Positions 39,474-55,000 of a stretch of 64,000 nucleotides of DNA are shown here, piece after piece. The notes under the pieces were generated by a model. The model was not told the origin of the DNA, ran no database searches, and worked only from the letters and a program-made list of their open reading frames with translations. Position 1 is the stretch's first letter, and each line of letters starts with the position of its first letter. Both the position numbers and the translations under genes were made by a program. Source of the DNA: Eledone cirrhosa (lineage: Eukaryota); assembly GCA_964016885.1 (NCBI GenBank), contig OZ024755.1, positions 43,586,001 through 43,650,000 on the forward strand, written 5' to 3'.

Positions 39474-40741
39474 TATGTGTTGTCTGAGGACCTCACACAA
39501 CAACTAATAGCACACATTACAATTAATTGAAGTCATTTAATAAATTTTATTGCAGAAAAATTTGTTACTTAAATTTAGAAACATACAATGTACATACAAA
39601 TGTTTTAGCAGCATTCATGAATACAAAGTAATTTGACAAAAAACTAAAATTTAACATGTCAACATATATTTTCAGCTTGCAACAGCAACAAATACATTGT
39701 ACAAAAATTACAACAGTTCAAAACTGAACATTTATTTGCTACTATTCAACCAATTTTAGTGTTTTGTCCTGAGGCTTGACACTTCCTTTTGTTGACAATT
39801 TTTGGTATGTCTGGCTGAAATGTCTGTACAGTTCCGACTTTGATCAGAGATGGCAAGTGTTGACCATTACTCACCAGGTTAGTCGATATTTGGGGTAGTA
39901 GAGTAAGGTTATATTATAAAGAGTTGGGACCCCGACAGCTGAGCTCTTCAACTGCAGGTTCCAGACTGATTGCCGAAGGTATTGGTGGTTAACAGGCTGT
40001 CTCATTAGGGGGTGTAATTTGTCCAAATAAGGGCATACATTGTTTATCGAATTGTAAAATTTCTTTACAAAAGTGTTTTTTGTTAAGGAAGTTGTTGTAT
40101 GTGGTTGTGTGTTTATATGTATGTGTGTGTCTGTATGTGGTTGTGAGTGTTTATATGTATGTGTGTGTCTGTATGTGCATCTAAGTGTATCTGCCTGCTC
40201 ATCTCTTGATTGAATAATTGAGGAGAGGGGCAGAAATATATTAATCAAGAAAGTATATCAGGGTTTGTGTGTCTGCTCCCAGGTATGGTACAAGACCTTC
40301 AGAATTTCTATAGAATTAGTGTTGGTCCTAGCAGCAAATCGGCCTTATCAAAGAATAGTACAAGTTGACCGAATGGTAGACAATATTGTTAACAAAGTGA
40401 CGACTAATTTCTTAGTTACCTGAAAAAATGTCGGAAGAGTCAACAAACTCAACAGTACGCATTTGATGAGACAACAATGTTTAGAAGGCTGACTAAATTG
40501 AGGGATTTGGATCTTATTTAAATAAGCTGATGCTCTAAACCCATGCTAGCGTGGAAAATAGATGTTAAATGATGATGATGATGATAATGATGATGCAGAA
40601 ATTTCTTCATAATTCACATTTTTAGAGGAAAACTAAACTTTACACAGAAATATTTTAGATAACGATTGCATTGGTGATAATAATAAAATACCTATTAAAA
40701 TAAATAAAAGATAAATAAAAATGTTTAGTATAATGAGATAC

Positions 40742-41107
40742 TGAGTATACAGGTTCTGCCTACTAGCCAGTAATATTAAAGTAATAATGAGTATACAGGT
40801 TCTGCCTACTAGCCAGTAATATTAAAGTAATAATGAGTATACAGGTTCTGCCTACTAGCCAGTAATATTAAAGTAATAATGAGTATACAGGTTCTGCCTA
40901 CTAGCCAATAATATTAAAGTAATAATGAGTATACAGGTTCTGCCTACTAGCCAATAATATTAAAGTAATAATGAGTATACAGGTTCTGCCTACTAGCCAG
41001 TAATATTAAAGTAATAATGAGTATACAGGTTCTGCCTACTAGCCAATAATATTAAAGTAATAATGAGTATACAGGTTCTGCCTACTAGCCAATAATATTA
41101 AAGTAAT
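40742..41107. repeat. 46-bp minisatellite, 8 nearly identical copies
   Basis: Unit TGAGTATACAGGTTCTGCCTACTAGCCARTAATATTAAAGTAATAA. Confidence 0.95.
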
Positions 41108-41329
41108 ATCTCGTGGAATTTATTTGCATTTTTTTCTACGATAGCGCCATTAAAGTGACTACACCAACACTAGCACTCCACTACATAAATATCAATACCT
41201 ATTTGCACATGGACAGCTCCTGCGATCCCACCTTGGAACATACATGCCTAAAACAATCATAGGCCCATTACAGTGCATAATCAATAGTAATTACCCAGAC
41301 CACCTGTTCCACGGAAAAAATATGGAAAT

Positions 41330-41790
41330 CAAACCTGCCGGCCAAACTGAAAAGGAATTTCTTCAGAGCTGCTGTGGAATCTGTGCTTGTTTATGGCTCT
41401 ATCACTTGGACGCTAACGTTGAAACTGGAGAAAAAGCTAGACGGGGCATACACACATATGCTCCGTGCTGCTTTAAACGTGTCTTGGAGGGAACACCCAA
41501 CAAATAAGGATCTCTATGGCAATATACCACCTACCAGCAGGTCAATACATGGTCAGAGACTCAAACTTGCTGGCCACTGTTGGCGCAGCAAGGAAGAAAT
41601 AGCAGGTGATGTGTTGTTATGGAGTCCATCTCATGGAGCAAGAAACGCTGGTCGTCCCAAGAAGACATACGTCAAGCAACTTGAGGACGATACTGGATGC
41701 GCTGCAGAAGAACTGCCAAACGCTATGAGAGACAGAGATGGATGGAGGAAACATGTCGTAGAAAGCCGAGCAAGCTCGACCTGATGATGG
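41330..41790 (+). mobile_element. 3' fragment of an RTE-type LINE
   Basis: AVESVLVYGSITWTLT, RLKLAGHCWR, GRPKKTY, DRDGWR; ends TGATGATG. Confidence 0.8.
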
Positions 41791-41916
41791 TGGCCTGTTC
41801 TACTATAAATCTATGAAATATAATCACCACCATAAACTCAGCAGTACCAAAAAATGTGGAATCCTGAAGTAAATCAAATCTATACTCCTAACTACTAGGA
41901 TAAACTAGGATAAACT

Positions 41917-42072
41917 TGATAAAATGCACCCAGTACACTCTGTAAAGTGGTAGTGCTGATGCCATGATAAAATACACCCAGTACACTCTGTAAAGTGGTA
42001 GTGCTGGTGCCATGATAACATACACCCAGTACACTTTACAGAGTGTACTGGGTGTATTTTATCATGGCATCA
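41917..42072. repeat. 48-bp tandem repeat (~2.4 copies) followed by an inverted copy
   Basis: Unit ATAAAATACACCCAGTACACTCTGTAAAGTGGTAGTGCTGATGCCATG; inverted at ~42032-42072. Confidence 0.8.
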
Positions 42073-42440
42073 ACAACAACAACACCACCACCACCACCAC
42101 CCCCACCACCAAAACAACAACACCACCACTACCACCACCACAACAACAACAACAACAACACCACCACCACCACCGCAACAACAACAACACCAACACAACA
42201 CCACCACCACCACCAACACCACATCCACCACCACCACCACCACCACCACCACACCACCACAACAACAACACCACCACTACCACCACCACCACAACAACAC
42301 CACCACTACCACCACCACAACAACAACAACACCACCACCACCACCACCACCACAACAACAAAAACACCAACACCACCACCACCACCACCACCACCACAAC
42401 AACACCACCACCACCACCACCACCACCACCACAACAACAA
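42071..42440. repeat. (CAC/CAA)n compound trinucleotide microsatellite
   Basis: Direct inspection. Confidence 0.95.
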
Positions 42441-42691
42441 GCTATATAATTTCTTCAAGTGGTAGAGGTAGAAGAAAGTTCCATAAACCAACAATTTATA
42501 TTGACTGACAATAGATTATTGATTTATTCTTAGAAATGCTAAACTGGTTATTGATCTGATCAATCAATAATTTAATATCGATTTTATTTTAGTAACAATC
42601 AACTTCCAATTAATTGGAACATATATCACCAGATTTTTCTGTAATGATTCATAATTTTGGGTGGAGCAGGAAATCATTTATAGCAACCCCG

Positions 42692-42880
42692 GTACATCAC
42701 TGGTACTATAGTTTATTGACCTCTGTATATCACTGGTACTATAGCTTACTCATCTCTGTATATCACTGGTACTATAGCTTACTAACATCAGTATATCACT
42801 GGTACTATAGCTTACTTACCTCAGTATATCACTGGTACTATAGCTTACTGACATTCAGTATATCACTGGCACTATAGCTT
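42692..42880. repeat. 33-bp minisatellite, about 6 copies
   Basis: Unit approximately GTATATCACTGGTACTATAGCTTACTNACNTCA. Confidence 0.85.
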
Positions 42881-43044
42881 GGCCATTTAAGAAGTTAAGA
42901 TCCTCCTTAATAAATGGACCTTGAACGATATTAATGATGAGTTATTCAGTTAATTCAATCAATGGAAGAAAAGAACGGAGCTCATCAAATGCATATGCAA
43001 GTGTCCAAATATCCCACAGACACAGTTCACTGTTATTAACTGTC

Positions 43045-46000
43045 AAGTACTCTCATATACTGTGTATATTACCACAGTTGACAGTACCAACATATACTGT
43101 GTACCACAGTTGACAGTACCAACATATACTGTGTACCACAGTTGACAGTACCAACATATACTGTGTACCACAGTTGACAGTACCAACATATACTGTGTAC
43201 CATAGTTGACAGTACTAACATATACTGTGTACCACAGTTGAGAGTACCAACATATACTGTGTACCACAGTTGACAGTACCAACATATAGTGTGTACCACA
43301 GTTGACAGTACCAACATATACTGTGTACCACAGTTGACTACCAACGTATAGGGTGTACCACAGTTGACAGTACCAACATATACCGTGTACCACAGTTGAC
43401 AATACCAACATATATAGGGTACCACTGTTGACAGTACCAACATATACTGTGTACCACAGTTGACAGTACCAACATATACTGTGTACCACAGTTGACAGTA
43501 CCAACACATACTTTGTACCTCAGTTGACAGTACCAACATATACTGTGTACCACAGTTGACAATACCAACATATACTGTGTACCTCAGTTAACAGTACCAA
43601 CATATACTGTGTACCACAGTTGACAATACCAACATATACTGTGTACCACAGTTGACAGTACCAACATATACTGTGTACCACAGTTGACAGTAGCAACATA
43701 TACTGTGTACCACAGTTGACAGTACCAACATATACTGTGTACCACAGTTGACAGTTCCAACATATACTGTGTACCACAGTTAACAGTACCAACATATACT
43801 GTGTACCACATTTGACAGTACCAACGTATACTGTGTACCACAGTTGACAGTACCATCATATACTGTGTACCACAGTTGACAGTACCAACATATACTGTGT
43901 ACCACAGCTGACACTACCAACATATACTTGTAACTCTGTTGACAGTACTAACATATACTGTGTACCACAGTTGAAAGTACCAACGTATACTGTGTACCAC
44001 AGTTGACGGTATCAACATATACTGTGTACCACAGTTGACAATACCAACATATACTGTGTACCACAGTTGACATTACCAACGTATACTGTGTACCACTGTT
44101 GACAGTACCAACATATACTGTGTACCAGAGTTGACAGTACCAACATATACAGTGTACCACAGTTGACAGTGCCAACATATACTGTGTACCACAGCTGACA
44201 CTACCAACATATACTTGTACCTCAGTTGACAGTACTAACATATACTGTGTACCACAGTTGACAGTACCAACGTATACTGTGTACTACAGTTGACAGTACC
44301 AACGTATACTGTGTACCACAGTTGACAATACCAACATATACTGTGTACCACAGTTGACAGTACCAACGTATACTGTGTACCACTGTTGACAATACCAACA
44401 TATACTGTGTACCACAGTTGACAGTACCAACATATACAGTGTACCACAGTTGACAGTACCAACATATACTGTGTACCACAGTTGACAGTACCAACATATA
44501 CTGTGTACCACAGTTGACAGTACCAACATGTACCGTGTACCACAGTTGACAGTACCAACGTATACTGTGTACCACAGTTAAGAGTACCAACGTATACTGT
44601 GTACCACAGTTGACAGTACCAACATATACTGTGTACCACAGTTGACAGTACCAACATATACTGTGTACCACTGTTGACAGTACCAACATATACCGTGTAC
44701 CACAGTTGACAGTACCAACGTATACTGTGTACCACTGTTGACAGTACCAACATATACCCTGTACCACAGTTCACAGTACCAACGTATACTGTTTATGTTA
44801 CCACAGTTGACAGTACCAACATATACTGTGTACCACAGTTGAGAGTACCAACATATACTGGGTACCACTGTTGACAGTAGCAACATATACTGTGTACCAC
44901 AGTTGACAGTATCAACATATACTGTGTACCACAGTTGACAGTACCAACATATACTGTGTACCACAGTTGACACTACCAACATATATGGTGTACCACTGTT
45001 GACACTACCGACATATACTGCGTACCACAGTTGACAGTACCAACATATACTGTGTACCACAGTTGACAGTACCAACGTATACTGTGTACCACAGTTGCCA
45101 ATGCCAACATATACTGTGTACCACAGTTGACAGTACCAACATATATGGTGTACCACTGTTGACACTACCGACATATACTGTGTACCACAGTTGACAGACC
45201 AACATATACTGTGTACCACAGTTGACAGACCAACATATACTGTGTACCACAGTTGACAGTACCCACATATACTGGGTACTACAGTTGACAGTACCCACAT
45301 ATACTGGGTACCACAGTTGACAGTACCAACATATACTGTGTACCACAGATGACTATCAACGTATACTGTGTACCACAGTTGACAGTACCAACATATACTG
45401 TCTACCACAGTTGACAGTACCAACATATACTGTGTACCACATTTGACAGTACCAACATATACTGTATACCACAGTTGACAGTACACACATATACTGGGTA
45501 CCACAGTTGACAGTACCAACATATACTGTGTACCACAGTTGACAGTACAAACATATACTGTGTTCAACAGTTGACAGTGCCAACATATACTGTGTACCAC
45601 AGTTAACAGTACCAACATATACTGTGTACCACAGTTGACAGTACCAACATATACTGTGTACCACAGTTGACAGTACCAACATATACTGTGTACCTCAGTT
45701 GACAGTACCAACATATACTGTGTAGCACAGTTGACAATACCAACATATACTGTGTACCACAGTTGACAGTACCAACATATACTGTGTGCCACAGTTGACA
45801 GTACCAACGTATACTGTGTACCACAGTTGACAGAACCATCATATACTGTGTACCACAGTTGACAGTACCAACGTATACTGTGTACCAGAGTTGACAGTAC
45901 CAACATATAATGTGTACCACAGTTGACAGTACCAACATATACTTGTACCACAGCTGACACTACCAACATATACTGTGTACCACAGTTGACAGTACCAACA

Positions 46001-49000
46001 TATACTGTGTACCACAGTTGACTGTACCAACATATACAGTGTACCACAGTTGACAGTATCAACATATACTGTGTACCACAGTTGACAGTACCAACATATA
46101 CTGTGTACCACAGCTGACACTACCAACATATACTGTGTACCTCAGTTGACAGTACTAACATATACTGTGTACCACAGTTGACAGTACCAACGTATACTGT
46201 GTACCACAGTTGACAGTACCAACGTATACTGTGTACCACAGTTGACAGTACCAACATATACTGTGTACCACAGTTGACAATACCAACATATACTGTGTAC
46301 CACAGTTGACAGTACCAACGTATAATGTGTACCACTGTTGACAATACCAACATATACTGTGTACCACAGTTGACAGTACCAACATATACTGTGTACCACA
46401 GTTGACAGTACCAACATATACTGTGTACCACAGTTGACAGTACCAACATATACTGTGTACCATTGTTGACAGTACCAACATATACTGTGTACCACTGTTG
46501 ACAGTACCAACATATACTGTGTACCTCAGTTGACAGTACCAACATATACTGTGTACCACAGTTGACAGTACCAACGTATACTGTGTACCACTGTTGACAA
46601 TACCAACATATACTGTGTACCACAGTTGACAGTACCAACATATACTGTGTACCAGAGTTGACAGTACCAACATATACTGTGTACCTCAGTTGACAGTACC
46701 AACATATACTGTGTACCACAGTTGACAGTACCAACATGTACCGTGTACCACAGTTGATAGTACCAACGTATACTGTGTACCACAGTTGAGAGTACCAACG
46801 TATACTGTGTACCACAGTTGACAGTACCAACATATACTGTGTACCACAGTTGACAGTACCAACATATACTGTGTACCACAGTTGACAGTACCAACATATA
46901 CTGTGTACCACTGTTGACAGTACCAACATATACTGTGTACCACTGTTGACTACCAACATATACCGTGTACCACAGTTCACAGTACCAACGTATACTGTGT
47001 ATGTTGCCACAGTTGACAGTACCAACATATACTGTGTACCACAGTTGACAGTACCAACATATACTGTGTACCACTGTTGACTACCAACATATACCATGTA
47101 CCACAGTTCACAGTACCAACGTATACTGTGTATGTTACCACAGTTGACAGTACCAACATATACTGTGTACCACAGTTGAGAGTACCAACATATACTGGGT
47201 ACCACTGTTGACAGTACCAACATATACTGTGTACCACAGTTGACAGTACCAACATATACTGTGTACCACAGTTGACAGTACTAACGTATACTGTGTACCA
47301 CAGTTGCCAATGCCAACATATACTGCGTACCACAGTTGACAGTACCAACATATACTGTGTACCACAGTTAACAGTACCAACATATACTGTGTACCACAGT
47401 TGACAGTACCAACATATACTGTGTACCACAGTTGACAGTACCAACATATACTGTGTACCTCAGTTGACAGTACCAACATATACTGTGTACCACAGTTGAC
47501 AATACCAACATATACTGTGTACCACAGTTGACAGTACCAACATATACTGTGTACCACAGTTGACAGTACCAACATATACTGTGTACCACAGTTGACAGTA
47601 CCAACATATACTTTGTACCACAGTTGACAGTACCAACATATACTGTGTACCACAGTTAACAGTACCAACATATACTGTGTACCACATTTGACAGTACCAA
47701 CGTATACTGTGTACCACAGTTGACAGTACCATCATATACTGTGTACCACAGTTGACAGTACCAACGTATACTGTGTACCAGAGTTGACAGTACCAACATA
47801 TACTGTGTACCACAGTTGACAGTACCAACATATACTGTTTACCACAGCTGACACTACCAACATATACTGTGTACCACAGTTGAGAGTACCAACATATACT
47901 GTGTACCACAGTTGACAGTACCAACATGTACCGTCTACCACAGTTGATAGTACCAACGTATACTGTGTACCACAGTTGAGAGTACCAACGTATACTGTGT
48001 ACCACAGTTGATTGTAGCAACGTATACTCTGTACCACAGTTGACAGTACCAACATATACTGTGTACCACAGTTGACAGTACCAACATATACTGTGTACCA
48101 CTGTTGACAGTACCAACATATACTGGGTACCGCAGTTAACAGTAGCAACATATACCGTGTACCACAGTTGAGAGTACCAACATATACTGTGTACCACAGT
48201 TGACAGTACCAACATATACTGTGTACCACAGTTGACAGTACCAAAATATACTGTGTACCATAGTTGACAGTGCCAACATATACCGTGTACCACAGTTGAC
48301 AATACCAACATATACTGTGTACCACAGTTGACAGTACCAACATATACTGTGTACCACAGTTGACAGTACCAACGTATACTGTGTACCACAGTTGACAGTA
48401 CCAACATATACTGTGTAACACAGTTGACAGTACCAACATATACCGTGTACCACAGTTGACAGTACCAACGTATACTGTGTACCACAGTTGAAAGTACCAA
48501 CATATACTGTGTACCACAGTTGACAGTACCAACATATACTGTGTACCACAGTTGACAGTACCAACATATAGTGTGTACCACAGTTGACAGTACCAACGTA
48601 TACTGTATACCACATTTGACAGTACCAACGTAAACTGTGTACCACAGTTGACAGTACCAACCTATACTGTGTACCACTGGTGACAGTACCAACATATACC
48701 GTGTACCACAGTTGACAGTACCAACATATACTGTATACCACTGTTGACAGTACCAACATATACTGTGTACCACAGTTGACAGTACCAACGTATACTGTGT
48801 ATATTACCACAGTTGACAGTACCAACATATACTGTGTACCACAGTTGAGAGTACCAACGTATACCGTGTACCACAGTTGACAGTACCAACATATACTGTG
48901 TACCACAGTTGACAGTACCAACATACACTGTGTACCACAGTTGAAAGTACCAACGTATACTGTGTACCACAGTTGACAATACCATCATATACTGTGTACC

Positions 49001-52000
49001 ACAGTTGACAGTGCCAACATATACTGTGTACCACAGTTGACAGTACTAACATATACTGTGTACCACAATTGACAGTACCAACGTATACTGTGTACCACAG
49101 TTGACAGTACTAACGTATACTGTGTACCAAAGTTGACAATACCAACATATACTGTGTATCACAGTTGACAGTACCAACATATACTGTGTACCACAGTTGA
49201 CAGTACCAACATATACTGTGTACCACAGTTGACAATACCAGCGTATACTGTGCACCACAGTTGACAGTACCAACATATACCGTGTACCACAGTTGAGCGT
49301 ACCAACATATACTGTGTACCACAGTTGATAGTACCAACATATACTGTGTACCAAAGTTGACAGTACCAACATATACTGTATACCACAGTTGACAGTACCA
49401 ACGTATACTGTGTACCACAGTTGACAATACCAACGTATGCTGTGTACCACAGTTGACAATACCAACATATACCGTGTACCACGGTTGACAGTACCAACAT
49501 ATACTGTGTACCACAGTTGACAGTTCCAACATATATGGTGTACCACTGTTGACACTACCGACATATACTGTGTAGCACATTTGACAGTACTAACATATAC
49601 TGTGTACCACAGTTGCGAGTACCAACATATACTGGGTACCACTGTTGATAGTACCAACATATACTGTGTACCACAGTTGACAGTATCAACATATACTGTG
49701 TACCATTATTGACAGTACCAACATATACTGTGTACCACAGTTGACAATACCAACATATACTGTGTACCATAGTTGACAGTACCAACATATACTGTGTACC
49801 ACAGTTGACAGTACCAACATATACTGTGTACCATAGTTGACAGTATCAACGTATATGTGTACCACTGTTGACAGTACTAACATATGCTGTGTACCACAGT
49901 TGACAGTACCAACATATACTGTGTACCGCAGTTGACAGTACCAACATATCCTGTGTACCTCAGTTGACAGTACCAACATATACTGTGTACCACAGTTGAC
50001 AGTACCAACATATACTGTGTACCACAGGTGACAGTACCAACGTATACTGTGTACCAGAGTTGACAGTACCAACATATACTGTGTACCACAGTTGACAGTA
50101 CCAACATATACTGTGTACCACAGTTGACAGTACCAACATATACAGTGTACCACAGTTGACAGTGCCAACATATACTGTGTACCACAGCTGACACTACCAA
50201 CATATACTTGTACCTCAGTTGACAGTACTAACATATACTGTGTACCACAGTTGACAGTACCAACGTATACTGTGTACCACAGTTGACAGTACCAACGTAT
50301 ACTGTGTACCACAGTTGACAATACCAACATATACTGTGTACCACAGTTGACAGTACCAACGTATACTGTGTACCACTGTTGACAATACCAACATATACTG
50401 TGTACCACAGTTGACAGTACCAACATATACAGTGTACCACAGTTGACAGTACCAACATATACTGTGTACCACAGTTGACAGTACCAACATATACTGTGTA
50501 CCACAGTTGACAGTACCAACATGTACCGTGTACCACAGTTGACAGTACCAACGTATACTGTGTACCACAGTTAAGAGTACCAACGTATACTGTGTACCAC
50601 AGTTGACAGTACCAACATATACTGTGTACCACAGTTGACAGTACCAACATATACTGTGTAGCACAGTTGACAGTACCAACGTATACTGTGTACCACAGTT
50701 GACAGTACCAACATATACTGTGTACCACTGTTGACAGTACCAACATATACCGTGTACCACAGTTGACAGTACCAACGTATACTGTGTACCACTGTTGACA
50801 GTACCAACATATACCCTGTACCACAGTTCACAGTACCAACGTATACTGTTTATGTTACCACAGTTGACAGTACCAACATATACTGTGTACCACAGTTGAG
50901 AGTACCAACATATACTGGGTACCACTGTTGACAGTAGCAACATATACTGTGTACCACAGTTGACAGTATCAACATATACTGTGTACCACAGTTGACAGTA
51001 CCAACATATACTGTGTACCACAGTTGACACTACCAACATATATGGTGTACCACTGTTGACACTACCGACATATACTGCGTACCACAGTTGACAGTACCAA
51101 CATATACTGTGTACCACAGTTGACAGTACCAACGTATACTGTGTACCACAGTTGCCAATGCCAACATATACTGTGTACCACAGTTGACAGTACCAACATA
51201 TATGGTGTACCACTGTTGACACTACCGACATATACTGTGTACCACAGTTGACAGACCAACATATACTGTGTACCACAGTTGACAGACCAACATATACTGT
51301 GTACCACAGTTGACAGTACCCACATATACTGGGTACTACAGTTGACAGTACCCACATATACTGGGTACCACAGTTGACAGTACCAACATATACTGTGTAC
51401 CACAGATGACTATCAACGTATACTGTGTACCACAGTTGACAGTACCAACATATACTGTCTACCACAGTTGACAGTACCAACATATACTGTGTACCACATT
51501 TGACAGTACCAACATACACTGTATACCACAGTTGACAGTACACACATATACTGGGTACCACAGTTGACAGTACCAACATATACTGTGTACCACAGTTGAC
51601 AGTACAAACATATACTGTGTTCCACAGTTGACAGTGCCAACATATACTGTGTACCACAGTTAACAGTACCAACATATACTGTGTACCACAGTTGACAGTA
51701 CCAACATATACTGTGTACCACAGTTGACAGTACCAACATATACTGTGTACCTCAGTTGACAGTACCAACATATACTGTGTACCACAGTTGACAATACCAA
51801 CATATACTGTGTACCACAGTTGACAGTACCAACATATACTGTGTGCCACAGTTGACAGTACCAACGTATACTGTGTACCACAGTTGACAGTACCATCATA
51901 TACTGTGTACCACAGTTGACAGTACCAACGTATACTGTGTACCAGAGTTGACAGTACCAACATATAATGTGTACCACAGTTGACAGTACCAACATATACT

Positions 52001-55000
52001 TGTACCACAGCTGACACTACCAACATATACTGTGTACCACAGTTGACAGTACGAACGTATACTGTGTACCACTGTTGACAGTACCAACATATACTGTGTA
52101 CCACAGTTGACAGTACCAACATATACAGTGTACCACAGTTGACAGTATCAACATATACTGTGTACCACAGTTGACAGTACCAACATATACTGTGTACCAC
52201 AGCTGACACTACCAACATATACTGTGTACCTCAGTTGACAGTACTAACATATACTGTGTACCACAGTTGACAGTACCAACGTATAATGTGTACCACAGTT
52301 GACAGTACCAAAGTATACTGTGTACCACAGTTGACAGTACCAACATATACTGTGTACCACAGTTGACAATACCAACATATACTGTGTACCACAGTTGACA
52401 GTACCAACGTATACTGTGTACCACTGTTGACAATACCAACATATACTGTGTACCACAGTTGACAGTACCAACATATACTGTGTACCACAGTTGACAGTAC
52501 CAACATATACTGTGTACCACAGTTGACAGTACCAACATATACTGTGTACCACTGTTGACAGTACCAACATATACTGTGTACCACTGTTGACAGTACCAAC
52601 ATATACTGTGTACCTCAGTTGACAGTACCAACATATACTGTGTACCACAGTTGACAGTACCAACATATACTGTGTACCACTGTTGACAATACCAACATAT
52701 ACTGTGTACCACAGTTGACAGTACCAACATATACTGTGTACCACAGTTGACAGTACCAACATATACTGTGTACCTCAGTTGACAGTACCAACATATACTG
52801 TGTACCACAGTTGACAGTACCAACATGTACCGTGTACCACAGTTGATAGTACCAACGTATACTGTGTACCACAGTTGAGAGTACCAACGTATACTGTGTA
52901 CCACAGTTGACAGTACCAACATATACTGTGTACCACAGTTGACAGTACCAACATATACTGTGTACCACAGTTGACAGTACCAACATATACTGTGTACCAC
53001 TGTTGACAGTACCAACATATACTGTGTACCACTGTTGACTACCAACATATACCGTGTACCACAGTTCACAGTACCAACGTATACTGTGTATGTTGCCACA
53101 GTTGACAGTACCAACATATACTGTGTACCACAGTTGACAGTACCAACATATACTGTGTACCACTGTTGACTACCAACATATACCATGTACCACAGTTCAC
53201 AGTACCAACGTATACTGTGTATGTTACCACAGTTGACAGTACCAACATATACTGTGTACCACAGTTGAGAGTACCAACATATACTGGGTACCACTGTTGA
53301 CAGTACCAACATATACTGTGTACCACAGTTGACAGTACCAACATATACTGTGTACCACAGTTGACAGTACTAACGTATACTGTGTACCACAGTTGCCAAT
53401 GCCAACATATACTGCGTACCACAGTTGACAGTACCAACATATACTGTGTACCACAGTTAACAGTACCAACATATACTGTGTACCACAGTTGACAGTACCA
53501 ACATATACTGTGTACCACAGTTGACAGTACCAACATATACTGTGTACCTCAGTTGACAGTACCAACATATACTGTGTACCACAGTTGACAATACCAACAT
53601 ATACTGTGTACCACAGTTGACAGTACCAACATATACTGTGTACCACAGTTGACAGTACCAACATATACTGTGTACCACAGTTGACAGTACCAACATATAC
53701 TTTGTACCACAGTTGACAGTACCAACATATACTGTGTACCACATTTGACAGTACCAACGTATACTGTGTACCACAGTTGACAGTACCATCATATACTGTG
53801 TACCACAGTTGACAGTACCAACGTATACTGTGTACCAGAGTTGACAGTACCAACATATACTGTGTACCACAGTTGACAGTACCAACATATACTGTTTACC
53901 ACAGCTGACACTGCCAACATATACTGTGTACCACAGTTGAGAGTACCAACATATACTGTGTACCACAGTTGACAGTACCAACATGTACCGTCTACCACAG
54001 TTGATAGTACCAACGTATACTGTGTACCACAGTTGACAGTACCAACATATACTGTGTAACACAGTTGACAGTACCAACATATACCGTGTACCACAGTTGA
54101 CAGTACCAACGTATACTGTGTACCACAGTTGAAAGTACCAACATATACTGTGTACCACAGTTGACAGTACCAACATATACTGTGTACCACAGTTGACAGT
54201 ACCAACATATACTGTGTACCACAGTTGACAGTACCAACGTATACTGTATACCACATTTGACAGTACCAACGTAAACTGTGCACCACAGTTGACAGTACCA
54301 ACCTATACTGTGTACCACTGGTGACAGTACCAACATATACCGTGTACCACAGTTGACAGTACCAACATATACTGTATACCACTGTTGACAGTACCAACAT
54401 ATACTGTGTACCACAGTTGACAGTACCAACGTATACTGTGTATATTACCACAGTTGACAGTACCAACATATACTGTGTACCACAGTTGAGAGTACCAACG
54501 TATACCGTGTACCACAGTTGACAGTACCAACATATACTGTGTACCACAGTTGACAGTACCAACATACACTGTGTACCACAGTTGAAAGTACCAACGTATA
54601 CTGTGTACCACAGTTGACAATACCATCATATACTGTGTACCACAGTTGACAGTGCCAACATATACTGTGTACCACAGTTGACAGTACTAACATATACTGT
54701 GTACCACAATTGACAGTACCAACGTATACTGTGTACCACAGTTGACAGTACTAACGTATACTGTGTACCAAAGTTGACAATACCAACATATACTGTGTAT
54801 CACAGTTGACAGTACCAACATATACTGTGTACCACAGTTGACAGTACCAACATATACTGTGTACCACAGTTGACAATACCAGCGTATACTGTGCACCACA
54901 GTTGACAGTACCAACATATACCGTGTACCACAGTTGAGCGTACCAACATATACTGTGTACCACAGTTGATAGTACCAACATATACTGTGTACCAAAGTTG

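Noticed and set aside
42012-42494. Poly-P/H/T/Q ORFs
   Set aside because: Translations of (CAC/CAA)n.
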